From positions 1-55,257 of the forward strand of contig CAJFCJ010000073.1 in assembly GCA_904063045.1 (NCBI GenBank): a stretch of DNA of 55,257 nt, read 5' to 3'. The position numbers and the translations under genes were made by a program. Positions 1 to 13,550 of this stretch are shown here, in pieces. The first letter of the stretch is position 1, and the number at the start of each line of letters is the position of its first letter. The DNA is from Dimorphilus gyrociliatus. Its lineage: Eukaryota > Animalia > Annelida. The notes below the pieces were generated by a model that had not been told where the DNA came from, made no database searches, and saw only the letters and a list, made by a program, of their open reading frames with translations.

Positions 1-1183
1 TAATAGCAAATTTAAAAGTATGACAGTGATGAAAAAAATTAAAGTAATAAGCATCTGCGAAAAATGATATAATCTATTAGAAAAATTCTTTATCCTTACC
101 TTGCTCGTCTTTCTCACTTCAAGATAAAAGGAAAAGGATTTAGTAAGAGATTTTTAAATATATCTATATATATGTTGTCTTTGCAGACAAATACCAAGTT
201 GAGACAGTTTTATACCTTACACTTGTCCCTAATAATTTGAAGTAGGTGTGTAGTCAAGAGCGATATTGTCTTAACTAATGTTAAAACTAATAGTGTAACG
301 TTTGGGATAATAGACCTGGTGTAAAACAGCACAGAAACTGACCTTGCTCAAGAAAAGTCTTTGTGACCATTGACTATTTATAAATAGGAAAATTTTGAGA
401 TTAGTAAATTCACACTTCTCCCTTTATGCTATTTATATTTGTCTGTCAATATCTATTCTTCTTGTCTCAATAGAAATTAATAGTATAACAAACATTATTG
501 ATCAGATTAGATAGCTAAAAATTATCTCTCTCTCTCTCTTAAAAACATAAGCTATCCATTTGGAATGGTTACACCAACGCAATAAATTTAGGATAGTTGT
601 AGAACAAGAGTCTTTAAAAAGTCACATGACTTCCTAGATAACCATAAGTCACTTGAATATATTTTTTTAATAACTGTCTTTGATAAAAATATAGAATTAA
701 TAAAAATATTTAAATGTTTAAATTTTCTAGATCTTTATTCATATTTAACAAACAAGTAAAAAAAAAACAATATTAATGTTGTCCGTATTTTGCGTAGATT
801 TGTAATAGCTTTCTTGACAATAGGCCTAATTGCTCAATATTACATTTATCTTCGCATAGAGCAGTAATAATATCAATTTTTATAAAAATTTTGGATTTCT
901 GTTAAAAAACAAAAAAAGCGAAACATTCTTAGTAGAAAAAAAATACAATGGTTAAAAATAGAAAAGCTGACATTGCTATTTTTTAGAAAAACGTTTTTTA
1001 AATTATTTCTTATGTAAAAGTTTTTATTATGAATTGTATTCATAGTTTTACAAATGTTGTATAAATATTTAAAAAGATATGGTAAATTCTTATAATACTG
1101 TTTTTCAACACATTTTAGATATTTTGTATCTATGAAGAAAATATCCCTTGAAACTGCAAAAAATCAAATAAAGAAAAGAATGT

Positions 1184-4100
1184 TTAAGATTGTTTAAAAA
1201 GTATAAAATTAACTTGAAAAAAGTGTTTTACTGTACAAATTTTCAATTTTTTTCTCTCTAATTGAAAAAGGAAACATTGAAATTTACTAAAAAAATCATT
1301 AAAAACAAAGTGATTAAACCTTAATTCCTTGAAATAGTTTTGTAAATATTTCTTTAAAGGTAAAAGTTGATTTAAAAATGGCAAATTTAATGATAAGATA
1401 TTTAATGGTAAAAGTATTAAAAAAGTGTTTATTATCCAATTATTAGATAACGATAAAAATATAACGTAACAAATCCAAAATATCATTAAAAAGAGTATTT
1501 TTAATAATTGTAATCTCATTTTGGAATATTGTCTTTTTTTTATATACAAATTTAACGCTATTGTCAAAAAGGAAATTGATAATAAAGAAATTTGAATAAA
1601 ACTTTTAAAAACTGTATTGATAGTTTCATTCTGGATGAAATTTAAAAGAGGGTGGCATAGAGGACTTTTCGAATGGTCTTTCTATTAAAAATTATTAAAA
1701 ATACTATTATGTAAAAAAAAAAGAATTTTTGATCACGTGTTTATTACCATAAGAATATAAAAAGTACATGCGACTGTTGTCGAAAAAGTGAGAGTAATAG
1801 CTTGAAAATATCTTATGGAAATTGCTTTAAATGTAATTTGTAAAAAATAGCCAATAGAGTTGAAAATATGATGCAATGTTTGTGTTAGAATGATAAATAA
1901 TAATGAAATATTAATTATTTGACAATAATAACTAGTTGTCCAAATAAAATGATATTTTTCATATTCAATATCATAACGAAAGCTTAAAACTATTATGGTT
2001 AATATGTAAATAAATATTATTAAATCATTAACATAAAACCAAAGAATAGTAGAAAATTTGAATTTAATCAATTTGAATTGAATTGAAATGATATTTATTA
2101 TCATAAATACTAATTGGAAAATAATTAGAAATGTTAAGCAAATTCTAAGCCAATTATTAATAATTGGTGTTGAACATGAATGAAATAGTCGAATTTCCCA
2201 TAAGCACTTTGAAGTTGATAAATATTTCAAGTTGCTATAGCAACAGTAAGAATTATCATCCGCTCTTAGAGATTTCAATCTTTTTGCATATCTTAAACCA
2301 TAATCATAGAAATTGATGTAAAATTTAAATGTATTTTGAATATTAATATGTTCAAGTGATTTTAAATTTTTAAATAATTCACTTGTAGAATATTTTATGC
2401 TATTATAGCTTAGATTTAAAGTTTTCAACTTGTATAAATGATCAAAAGCTGATTGTTCAATAATAAATAAATCATTTTTTGATAAATCTAATTTACGAAT
2501 ATTATTTTTTTTATTAAAAAATTTTTTTGTAATTTTCTTAATATTGTTTTCTTTTAAATTTAAAATTTGTAAATGTTGAGGGAATGTGAAATTTTCTTTT
2601 AAAAATGTATTAAAATCAATATTTCTCAGATGAAGACTAATTAAATGTGGATATTTTGATATAAATGAAGGAAATGTTGAATTTAATTTATATTGATTGA
2701 TATATAAAGAAGTAACATTTAAATTTTGAACATTTTGGATTATTTGATCAAAATATAAAATTGATAATTTAATCGTTTTAAAATTCTCCAACTGATTTGA
2801 TAGTCTTGTTAAATTTGCATTTAGACACGTGACAGTAAAAATATTTATACATGTACAATTGTATGGACAAGTAATTTCTTTACAGAAAATTTCATCAGTA
2901 CCATCATAACAATCCATTATTCCATTACAAGTATCAGCTATATCAATAAATGTTTTGTGTCCTATGCATTTGAAAGTACCAGGTAGAGAGATTTTTTCTA
3001 GACAGAAGAGAAATCTTATTTTATGAGCCATTATGTTACTTCTATATTGTTAAATGTACCACAATTGATTTCATCATCTCCATATGGACAGTGTTGAGTA
3101 CCATCACAAATCAATTTAATATCTAAACAAATACCATATCTAAAACATTCGTATTGTCCAGGTTCACACAATTCAGATATATTACAGTTTATATAATCAG
3201 TTTGAACTTTTTGCGGTTTCAATATTATAGATCTTAAACTATTGTATTTTAAAATACAAGCATTTTTTCTACCAGTTTTTTTGTTATGATTAGTTTTCAC
3301 ATTTCAAAAAAAATCAGTTAACCATACTTATTGAATTTGTTTATTGAAGAATTAGTTGTAAATATAGAACATTTCGTTTCGTCAGTATAATCAAAACAAT
3401 TTCTATTTCCATCAGAAAATGCTTGATTACCTATACATTGTCCATTTTTACAAGGTCTATTTGCGTTTGTATGAGTGTCTCTAAGCAATTTGCGTTCAAG
3501 TGAAAATTTTTCTTACCTTTCTCCTTCTGAGCAACTTTTGGTAACTTTATATTTCAAATATATAATAAATTATTTAATGGTTTAGTTCACTGAAACTGTG
3601 TGTGTTTCTTTTATATATGTTTCTTACTGCAAAATGTCTCATCTGATTTATCAATGCAATCAAAAATAAAATCACAAATATATTGTATTGGAATAGTTAA
3701 TGAATTATTGCACACAAATTTCTCATGTATTGAACAATTATATTCATCTGAGCCGTCACTACAATCTTTAACATCGTTACAGATGAATCTTTTATGAATA
3801 CAGATTGATTCTTTTGTACAAAGGAATCCATTTATTTTACATGTTGTTTTCTTTGTAGGAAATTTAAACCATTTACCAAACTTAATATGAAAATCTTAGA
3901 CAAAAGTTGACAAATAATAGCAACAGTAACTGAATATTAACATTAACTTAGTACTTAGTGTTTTTTCACATACTATATTGGACATGATAATACTTTCTTC
4001 ACAATTTGAGATTTTCAAGACAGAAGGAAAAAATTCATTATTTTTAATTGGAACATTGAAACAAAAATGATCAAATTTTGAATTTTTAACATCTCCAGTT

Positions 4101-6457
4101 CTGAAGATAAATATTAATTACAGAAAAGATAAGGAAAGTTTGGCATGTTAAACATACATAAGTGATTTATTAAAGAAATTAATAAATTTATTATCTAGAG
4201 TCGCTATCTCAAAATCATTTAATGGACTTTTAATTAATTTAGCACCTAAAAATAAAAAATATAGAGAATTTGAATATTATAAAAGTTTTGTCTTAGTTTT
4301 CTTACCAAACAAATTTTGAGAAAGAGAAAATTTAAATTTAATCTTGCTTTTAATGAAAAATATTTGATATAAATTGGCTGGAGATAGGATGTTTAAATTT
4401 TTAGATTCACAGAAATTTTTCCAAGATTGAATGCTGATAGCAACAATTTTTTTAAATTCATAATAACAAGTATTTTCCAGTGATAAAGTACGTATACTCT
4501 CAGAGACAGTGGGACATTCTATATTAATTTTTAATTGTTGAATTCTATTTATTTTCAACTATTTTTTTTACCCTTTTGATCTTGGTTTGTACAGGATAAT
4601 GATATTCCGAAGTAGAATGTTTCAAACAGATTTCTACTGAGTACATCGTTTAAAGAACATTGCCCCAGATAAGACATATTTCTCTGACAACTAACAGAGA
4701 ATAAAACCGGTTGTATGATGTGATAACTTTCAAATGTGTTTAAAATTTCACCATTTGTGAATCCAAATCCTTTACAAACTAACTAAAATGAAGTAGTAAT
4801 AAAAATCATAAATTAAAATGTTTTGAATAAGACAAACAAAAACATTTGCTTCAAATTTTCCAAAATTTAAACTAGATACAAGATACCACTGGTTGTTATA
4901 CCATACTTCCAAACTACCTAAAATTTCATGGGTATACGAACTCTTCGTTTCTTTTAATCTAAATTGAAATGCTGAATAAGGTATTATTGTTTGTAACTTT
5001 GTCAAAAAAAAACTTAAAACAAACAAAATATAACATACTTTTTGTATTTAAAATTCGAAGAATTTTTGGCGTTGCACTAGGAAATGTTTGATAAAATGAC
5101 GGGAAAATATTTCTAGAGATATCCGTATCTGTTTTATTTCGACATTTTATACCATAAATGTATGATACATCCCTCTCTTTTTTAGAAGATATTGCAACAG
5201 AATGGAAGAGATTTTTAGAATCTGGGAAACAATTTAATGGCAACATTGCTCTTCCAACAAGCACATCTTGTTCAAATAGTACTTGATTTTTAAATATTTC
5301 AGATTGTAGACCCCTAACAGTTGGAGTTTGATTTGAATATTTTCCAAAATGTTTACAAATACACAAAGACATTAAACTAAATGTAGATTCTGTATATTTA
5401 AAAAAAACAAACTGGATAAATATGAAAATTGAAAAATTAAAAACGTCCACTCTGAACTGTATTTCCAAAATATACTGGAAAATAGAAATTTCCATATTTA
5501 AATCCAAGAACAAAGTCCAATCTATTCTTAAATGGAGAATTAAAATGGTAGAATGATAAAGGAACTTTATAAAATATTTTAGTATTTGGTTCTAGCTCTG
5601 AGCATATTAAAGAGCATTTCATCCATTTTTCGTATTTTACCAATTTGAATGATCCATTATTGGATAAAAGTATTACTTTTCCCTTATTTGAAACATATTC
5701 ACCTTTAGCTAATTTATACTGATTATTGAGCCAATAGACTTTTGAACATATTTTTGACAATTTGTGTTTGTTATCTATGCAAAAATTAAAAGAAGTTTGA
5801 TTAACACGTGCATAGATCATTGATGGATGATGCTTTGTTTTTCTTTTCATTTCTTTTTTCGAGTAGGCATATAAATCTATGGAGATAATTGGATAAATGA
5901 TTGAATAACAAAAATGTCTATTTACTTACAAACGCTATCAGTTTTTAAGCAAAATAGGCTAGTACTATATTCCCTATATTTCCTGTCGAGAATAGTATGA
6001 TAAGAACACTTTCTAGCTTCTTGACAGCGATATCCTTTACTGCATTCCAAATTATCTACATCCTTTAACCTTACTACAAAAAATTTGTGATAGTATGACA
6101 TTTTTAAACAAACAAAGAATGAAAAAATGCAAACAAACATTTAAAGGCCATACTAAAAAGTCCATCAAAGCCAATTTTTGAGCAAAAGAACATTGATGCA
6201 GTTTTTTTACCTATATTACTGCAAAGGCGATAAGTTTTATTATGGTCCTTTAGTTGAACAAGACCATAACAGTAACTCCTAGTACATCTCATGTAATTTT
6301 GGTCATATGTAAGATTGATTTTAGACAGAGGAATATCAAAAACAAAATATGGAGCTTTTGACAAACCAGATGTATCACTAATATAAAGTCCATTTGTTTT
6401 TAAATTACAAAAATATATAGTAGAAATAAATGTAATTTTTAATTTTAAAAATTTCAT
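1184..6457 (-). CDS. Multi-exon GRL101-like leucine-rich-repeat GPCR (signal peptide, SRCR-like, C-type-lectin-like, several LDLa, LRR, 7TM)
   Basis: Signal-like start MKFLKLKITFISTIYFC at 6457. SRCR-like exons (6104-6526, 4772-5026 LGSLEVWYNNQWY, ~4570-4760). CTL-like exon 4277-4558. LDLa repeats at ~3640-3830, 3031-3300 (CDGTQHCPYGDDEINC) and in ORF 1733-3031 (CNGIMDCYDGTDEIFC). LRRs, a CC..C hinge and TM segments in 1733-3031, with further TMs in 1184-1567. Confidence 0.85.
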
Positions 6458-6692
6458 AATTTCATTGTGAACAAGCGTTAGGAAGAGAGTATAAGAGAGA
6501 GAGAGAGAGAGATAATTGAATATCATCTCTAATAGCCTAATTTATTTTTTAATGAAATAAAATCTGATTAATCATAACAGAAATTTTGGATTAAATTTTG
6601 CTTTATTTAATTAATTTTTAAATTATTTTAATATTTTTATTCTTTAATATAAATAGCTTTTTTGATCTACAATTACATTTATCTATTAAACT
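6458..6692. promoter_or_regulatory. Putative bidirectional promoter between the divergent GPCR paralogs; contains a (GA)n tract near 6495-6512
   Basis: Only ~235 bp separate the minus-strand ATG (6457) from the plus-strand ATG (6693). Promoter function is inferred from geometry. Confidence 0.5.
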
Positions 6693-9600
6693 ATGAGTAA
6701 ACTCGTATTTTTTTCCTGCTTTTTAATGTGTTTTACCAACATTATAGATAAGAGTCGATCACTACTCGTCTTTAATTCTAATCCTGTGGTACAAAAACAT
6801 TAATTCGAGTTTTAAATATAAAGTCAACCAGTAAAATAAATTTGACCTTTTAACCTTAGAAAATTAAAGAATATCCCATAAAATTTGCTTTTCATCAACG
6901 CAACTGCAATGAAAATTTTTGTTCCGGATTTGTTAAATTACAACGTTGGAAAGCGTTAAAGTCAAAGTTTCATATTATAACCATTCTAAATACACATATT
7001 ATACTGAACTTTTGCAAAGGATTATCCCCAAAATATGATACCTTAAGAGTGGAAAGTTGGATTTTGAATGTAAAGAATAAATGGCAATATTTCAAATGGT
7101 ATCATCTAAATTGTTACAACGAATTAGATTGTTATACTCGAGAACAACAACATAAATCTACAGCAACAAAAATTCAATGTTTCTTTGCAAGTAAACCTTG
7201 TAAGAGTAGTTCATTTTTTTGCTTATAACCTTCACATTGACCCAAAAAAAACAATTAAATCTAAAGATTATTTCGTATTTTGGAACAATAAAAGAATTGT
7301 TTACCAGCGGCATTTAAATAAGCATAAACTTGAATGCCTTTTGAAAGAGAATCATAAACAGTGTAAAAATATCATTACTGTATATACCAAAGATAATGAT
7401 CTCGATCAGCATAATCATGGAATGATGATAAATACTACATCTTCTGATATTAAAGAATGCTCTCAACTTGTATGTTATGGTCGAAATATTAGCAATACAA
7501 AACTTGAATCAAAATCTTTAGTTGTTTTTGAAAAAGCACAAAAATTCAATGAATTTCTTGATAGAGATGCAAATTTCTATTTTCCAGGACAAAATTTTAA
7601 TAAAAGATTTATTCCACTTCTATTTGAATTTCACTCTTTTGAAGAAGAATTAATTACTTATAGAGTATTGTGCAACAGTAAAAGTTTTTTGGATAGTATG
7701 AAAAATTCCAATTTTCGAGCAGTTCCTTTTAAAAATTTTCAATTTTGGAATTTATATTATTCAACTGAAAATAAGACACTAGTTTATAGATGTAAATATA
7801 ATGTTAATGATGTAGAAGAATGTTTAAAATATCTGAGAGAATTTCATATAAATGACCAACAAATATTTGGAATAAATTGTCATCAATCATTTACAAAAGT
7901 GAGAGAAATCAATTTTAATGGTTAATAAGCATACATTTGAAGACTGAAAATAATGGTATCACCATCATTATCCTCGTCATTTATATTCATTTCAACAGAT
8001 ATTACATTTATACTGAGAAAAGATGAAAATGAATTTATTAGAGAAAGGGGTCAAAGAAAATCTTATACAGGACAATTAGAGTTTATTTACAAGAATTATT
8101 CATTACTTGTATCAAATTTAAAATTTAATTATCATCAAGTACAACTTTTTTGTAAATATTTTGGATTTCAAAATGGAGAATTAAATGAATTCTCTGACAA
8201 TTATCAAAATATACTAGTTTTTCTTATGGTCAATTGTAGTTTAACTGCAAAGACAATTGAAGATTGTAGTTTAGAATATTTTCAAGATGACTGGCTGAGT
8301 AGATTTCCAGTTACTAATTTATTTATTACTTGCTTTGAACATAAAATAAGAAATTATCATTTTGAGAGGGAAACAGAAATAGATGATATTTTTAATAATT
8401 TCCTTATTTTACAGATTGTCCTAATACATTTAATAACAACTGTAATGAAGTTTATATATATATGGGAAAATGTTATTATCTCTGTAAAATGGATAGAGAT
8501 ATTACACATGATGAAAGCCATAAAATATGCAATGGGAACTTAGTTGGAATAACATTAAGACAAGAAGCTAATTTTTTAAATTTTGCATTATTTTCATTTC
8601 AAATAAATTCTTTAAAAAATATATATCGAAATTTAAGTAGCACTAAAACATTAGCTAATCAGTTCATACCCGTTGGTGAGTTTTTGTTATATTTCTGTTA
8701 CAATTTAGCTTAACTCTTGTCCTTGTCCAATAGAATTTCACTTTGACAATTTATACAATGATTTAATAAATTCAGATAAAATGCAAATGAAAATGATCTC
8801 TGAAATTGATATTTTTTTTGATATTTCTACAAAAAGATTGTAAAGTTTAATTCATTTAATCATTTTCTTATTTTGTTTTATTTAAAGGATTAGAAAGCAA
8901 AGAAATGGAGAAATGTATTTCAAAATTAAATGTGGAATGTTTAAAAAATTTGAAAACTTTAAATATTTTGGTTTTTTTTCAGTAGATTGTAAAGTAAACA
9001 TCTTTAAATTTATAATTTGTGAACAAAATAGTAAAAATTGTTTTATTTTAAATATTTCCCCAAAACAAGAAACTTGAAATAATTTTTAATTTTCAGTTAA
9101 TTTCTTAGGAATTCAAATGAAGAAAACATATCAATTAGTTGCGGATTCCAATGTTAAAAAGTGTATAGAAACACATTTCAAATGTCATCAAGATGGTTAT
9201 TGCATACATACAAAATATATTTGTGATGGACATTTTGATTGTTATGATCAAAGTGACGAAGAAAATTGTTCTTCATCTTTACTCGACTATTTTGTATGTT
9301 TTGATGGTAGAAGAATTGCTATTCATCAAGTTTGTGATTATGTATATGATTGTTTAGACAAAAGTGATGAAATTGGATGTGGTAAGTACAAAAAGAGAAA
9401 CAAAAACATCAAAATCAAAAAAACAGAAAACAACTACTCTTCTTTCTTTTATTTAAGAAAAGAAGAAGTGCACTTCTAATTTGTAATTAAACAAAAATGA
9501 ATTTCAATGCATTAACTCTATTATGTTTAGCCAATGTTCAAGTGGACAATGCTTAGAAGAAACAACTAACGTTTGCAAACAAGATTATTTCTGCTTTGAT

Positions 9601-12490
9601 TCGAGTGATAAAGAACAATGCAAACTCATTTTGTTGAACCGTCGTCAAGTCTTTAAAAAGTAATCAGTTTCTATAACCATTTCTTTCTTCTTTTTCGTAA
9701 AATATTAAGAATGTCATCAAACATACTCTAACCTTCTCTGAGGGGAAGGGATGTAGAATTTTAAAAATTATAAAATAGTGAATACTTTTTACTACCAGTT
9801 TTACTTGTAATTTTTTCTTTGCAAAATTTTTCAGAATAGACGAAGAAAAGGTCAACACTGTGAAAGAACAGAGGAATTTTTTATCTGATGAATTTATTAA
9901 CAATCTATGTGATTATCTTCATATATAAAAATTTAAAACAAAGAATAACGTAAAATGTAAGGATGAATTTTTTAACAGATCAATACCAGAACAAAATATT
10001 CAACATACAGAGTAATAATTTAAATATAGATAAGCAAATGTTGAACTAATCTGTTAAATTGCTGTGCAACTTAATCATAAGTTTACACCTGGTTGTTCTT
10101 AGAGTGAACTTGTTTTAGCGTTTTTCGAATAAACTAGCAATTTAACAGTTTAGATCTGACATATTTTTATACATAATAATAGATATTGATAAGCTAATAG
10201 GAGCAACATAACCCAAAATCTTACCTTCTGAAGAGTGTAGGATTGAAATGTGCTCCTATTAGGGGATCAGTACTATACAGTATATAAATTTATATAAATA
10301 ATTTTATGTTAATTTTTAAAACACGCAAAACAAAAAAGAACCAAGTCTTTGTTCAAAAGAAATGAGTCCATTCTATGAATTCATAACAATGAAAAAATGG
10401 GAGCATTCTTTACTCCTCAACAGCCTACATCACTCTTGTAACGAAATATGTAAAATTGGGCAATATAAATGCAAAAAATATGGAACATGTATAGATAATA
10501 TTTTTATATGTAATGGAAGAATTGATTGTTTTTATGGTGATGATGAAGAGAGTTGTAATAATAGTAAAGAGAATTGTTTTCTCTACGGTTTTAAAGTTGT
10601 TTTATTATTATTTTTTATTACTTTAGAAAAAGTTATAGGAACTCATTTATACAAATGTAGAAAAGAGCTTCGTTACAGATCTACAACAATCTATTGTACA
10701 CCTAGTAGAAAAAAAATTCAAATTGATTGTAAATTTAATGATCATAAAATGGAATATTTTTGTAAAAAGCCTTCTTGTCCAAAAAGGTGTAAATGTATTG
10801 GTTTTCTAACATTAACTTGTTTTGAGGAACTTGTCAAAAATAATTACAATGACAAACATATTTGGAAAACAATTAAATTCATAAACTTTCCAGCTAAAAC
10901 ATCTTTAGAAATAATTGGAAAAAAAGACAATTTAGTTACAACAAAACTGGTAGTCTTTAATGGAAATTTAACCAATTTGAAAGAAATTAGTCATCTAAAA
11001 AATTTAGTTGTTTTAGATTTAACAAAAAATAATATCGTTTATTTAAATAATAATATTCTCTTAAAATTTAAGATTATACAAATCTTAATTCTAGCAGACA
11101 ACAAATTGCAAAGCATTATAGATTTGAATAGGCCTATCTTTCCGAGTTCCCTTTTAGTTTTGAATTTAAGTATCTCTAGCATAGAGAATTATTCCATGAA
11201 ATCTTTAGAGAATTTAAAAAAATTAAAAATTTTAGATTTTTCAAATTCAATTATATCTAATTTTTCAAATGATTTTTTACATCAACTTGAAAGTTTAATT
11301 GAATTTTATATTGAAAATTTAACATTGAAAGAAAGAGATTTTGGTGCAAATGTATTTAATGGATTAATATCATTAAAAAAAGTCTACTCTGATCATTATA
11401 GGTTTTGTTGTTTTATTAAAAAAGTCTCAATATCATTTTGCAAACCTGAGAAAAAAGCTACAAATTCTTGTGGAGAAATGATTGATCTAATTTTCTTAAA
11501 AGGTAACAATAGAGTATGAAAAAGAATTTTTTTCTGTTAATGTATTGAAATTCCCTAATTCCTGTTTCTGTTCTATTTAGTTATTTTCTATATTTATACT
11601 ATACTTTCTGTTACAATGAATATCTACTCTCTAGTAGTACTTTTTAGAAATATGATCAGATTTTCAAAAGCATTCAACATTTTACTGGCAATTTCCGATC
11701 TTTTGTTCTCTATATACTTTACTATAATTTCTTATAAAGATTTAGAATTTTCAAAAACATATATTGATTACGACATCATGTGGAGAAATAGTAAACTTTG
11801 CACATTTAGTGGAGTACTAGCAAGTTTTTCATTTCTCTTATCAAATGTTTGTCAATTAATTTTAACTGTTGAAAAATGGAGATTAGTTCATTTTGGCTTA
11901 AAATTTAACCCTCTTTCAAAATTCATCATACTATTTTTACTATCTATTACAATCTTTGTATCATTACTGATATCATTAATACCTGTTTATATTTTTCCAG
12001 TTAGTAATACTAAAAAATAGGACAAGAATTTACTAAATAGTAAAAATATACAAAATTATTTCAGCATTACTACTCAAGATATTCCTTGTGTCTCTCTTTG
12101 CATTTAACAAATGAAAGACAAATTGGATGGCAATATTCATTTTCAATTTTTTCAATTTTCTCATTAATTAATGGTATGATTATTTTATTTCTATTTTTGG
12201 ATATTTTCCGAACAATTACGAAATCAAAAAGTATTCTTTCAAAGTCCATATACAAAAAAAGGATAAAAAGAGTATTAAAAACTGGAATATTGATTATACT
12301 ATCAAATGTATTGACATGGCTACCTTTAGCATTTATTGGTATACTTTCTTTATTAGAAATTAGTTTTTTAACTCATGATACCTATATTTGGATTTTTGTT
12401 CTTATTTTACCAATAAACACTCTTTTAAATCCTATTAATTATTCTGAAAGAATTCATCTTTTAGTTTGGGGAATAAAAGAGAGAAAGTAA
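6693..12490 (+). CDS. Multi-exon GRL101-like LRR-GPCR, paralog of the divergent gene (SRCR, CTL, LDLa, LRR, 7TM)
   Basis: ATG 6693 gives MSKLVFFSCFLMCF. SRCR-like segments at ~6870-7220 (RNCNENFCSGFVKL) and 7953-8543 (YTGQLEFIY..VQLFCKYFGF). CTL-like 8462-8713 (GKCYYLC). Tandem LDLa at 9117-9479. LDLa plus LRR at 10362-11519. 7TM exons 11616-12020 (TVEKWRLV) and 12086-12490 (LNPINY). Confidence 0.88.
10038..10162. repeat. Imperfect foldback / MITE-like inverted repeat in an intron
   Basis: ATGTTGAACTAATCTGTTAAATTGCT (10038-10063) is an imperfect reverse complement of AGCAATTTAACAGTTTAGATCTGACAT (10136-10162). Confidence 0.55.
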
Positions 12491-12570
12491 TAAAAAAAAG
12501 ACATTTCTATTATTTTGCTTTTAAACAATCCAATAATTTTAGAACAAAGAACAAACTGATAGAAAATTAT

Positions 12571-13022
12571 ATGGAGAATGGTCAGTATTGTTTTTTCTTT
12601 ATATCTAAATTTCTCTTATGATATCTTATCTTCTTTTCAAAGTTATGGAAATTTTTAATGATAATGAGAGATTCCATTTTATTTCTGAAAATGATGATTC
12701 TAATGATGACAAACTTAAGAATGAAATTCCAAAATTATACATAAAAAATACTTTTCAATTGATTAAAATTTTAAATGAAATTTTACAAATTATTAAAATA
12801 TTTCAAAGATTACAAATCAATTTTAAACGTTTCGACCAACATACGTTTTTTTTCAATAGTTCAAATGAAAGATATATTTTTGGTATGATTATTAAAAAAC
12901 ACAATTTAATTTTTGGTTTATTAGATGAAAATGATCAGAATAGCATGAAGTGTTTTGGTGAATTTATTGATTTCTACTTACAAAAATTAAAAAAAGAATC
13001 AAAATCAATTTTTCCTATTTAA
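12571..13022 (+). CDS. Small uncharacterised protein, possibly longin/roadblock-like fold
   Basis: Probable short first exon (ATG GAG AAT G/gtcag at 12571), then ORF 12618-13022 with a helix-strand-strand-helix pattern (YIFGMIIKKHNLIFGLL). Fold assignment is a guess. Confidence 0.35.
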
Positions 13023-13362
13023 ATTCATGTTTTTCATTTATTTTAATAAAGTCAGAATGGTAAACTTTCTTTGCCATTTTAAAAATTATTGATTCTCTTG
13101 TTTTTAACACTGTGGATAATCTCTTATTAACCATGAACAAGATGATCGATGAAAGATAAATAATGAAGTATTGTGTATGAAAATTAAGGTGAAAACGCTC
13201 GATATAATGAGTGACATAGTTTCGAATTCCGCGGAAGATCGGGGTGTCAGTGTTCAAGCATCTGGATGCAGGATAATGAAATAAGCCAAAATTTTCTTTC
13301 AAGATGAAGTTCTCTTTTCTAGTTAAGACTTTTAGAATATATTGTTTTGTATTACGAATTTT
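13015..13362 (-). mobile_element. Possible degenerate LTR-retrotransposon integrase zinc-binding region
   Basis: FHYPASRCLNTDTPIFRGIRNYVTHYIERFH loosely resembles the gypsy H.G..(R)t...i...y.F.gm...V..yi..C motif. It lies immediately next to an LTR-like repeat. Confidence 0.3.
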
Positions 13363-13550
13363 CGTTAGCAATTTCCTTTGAGTTTTATTTTAGCTTCTCT
13401 CTCGTGTTGCTCTATTGTATTTGCTCCTTATATACCTGATTGACCATGATATGAACCCAAGTCGCCTACCCTCCACACATGATACACTCTCATTCCTTCT
13501 CTCTCACATACATTCACACTAACTCTTACTGACACACAACACAGCTAACA
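13363..13550 (-). mobile_element. Short LTR-like repeat, copy 1
   Basis: Ends (C)GTTAGC...GCTAACA are inverted; flanks ATTTT and ATCTT. Minus strand has GTATATAAGG and AATAAA. Shares GATATGAACCC..CACATGATA..CCTTCTCTCTCA..TACATTCACACT with 21485-21560. Confidence 0.6.

Noticed and set aside
90-375. Possible first exons of a minus-strand gene leaving the window (MVTKTFLEQ/gtcag)
   Set aside because: Too short to identify or verify.
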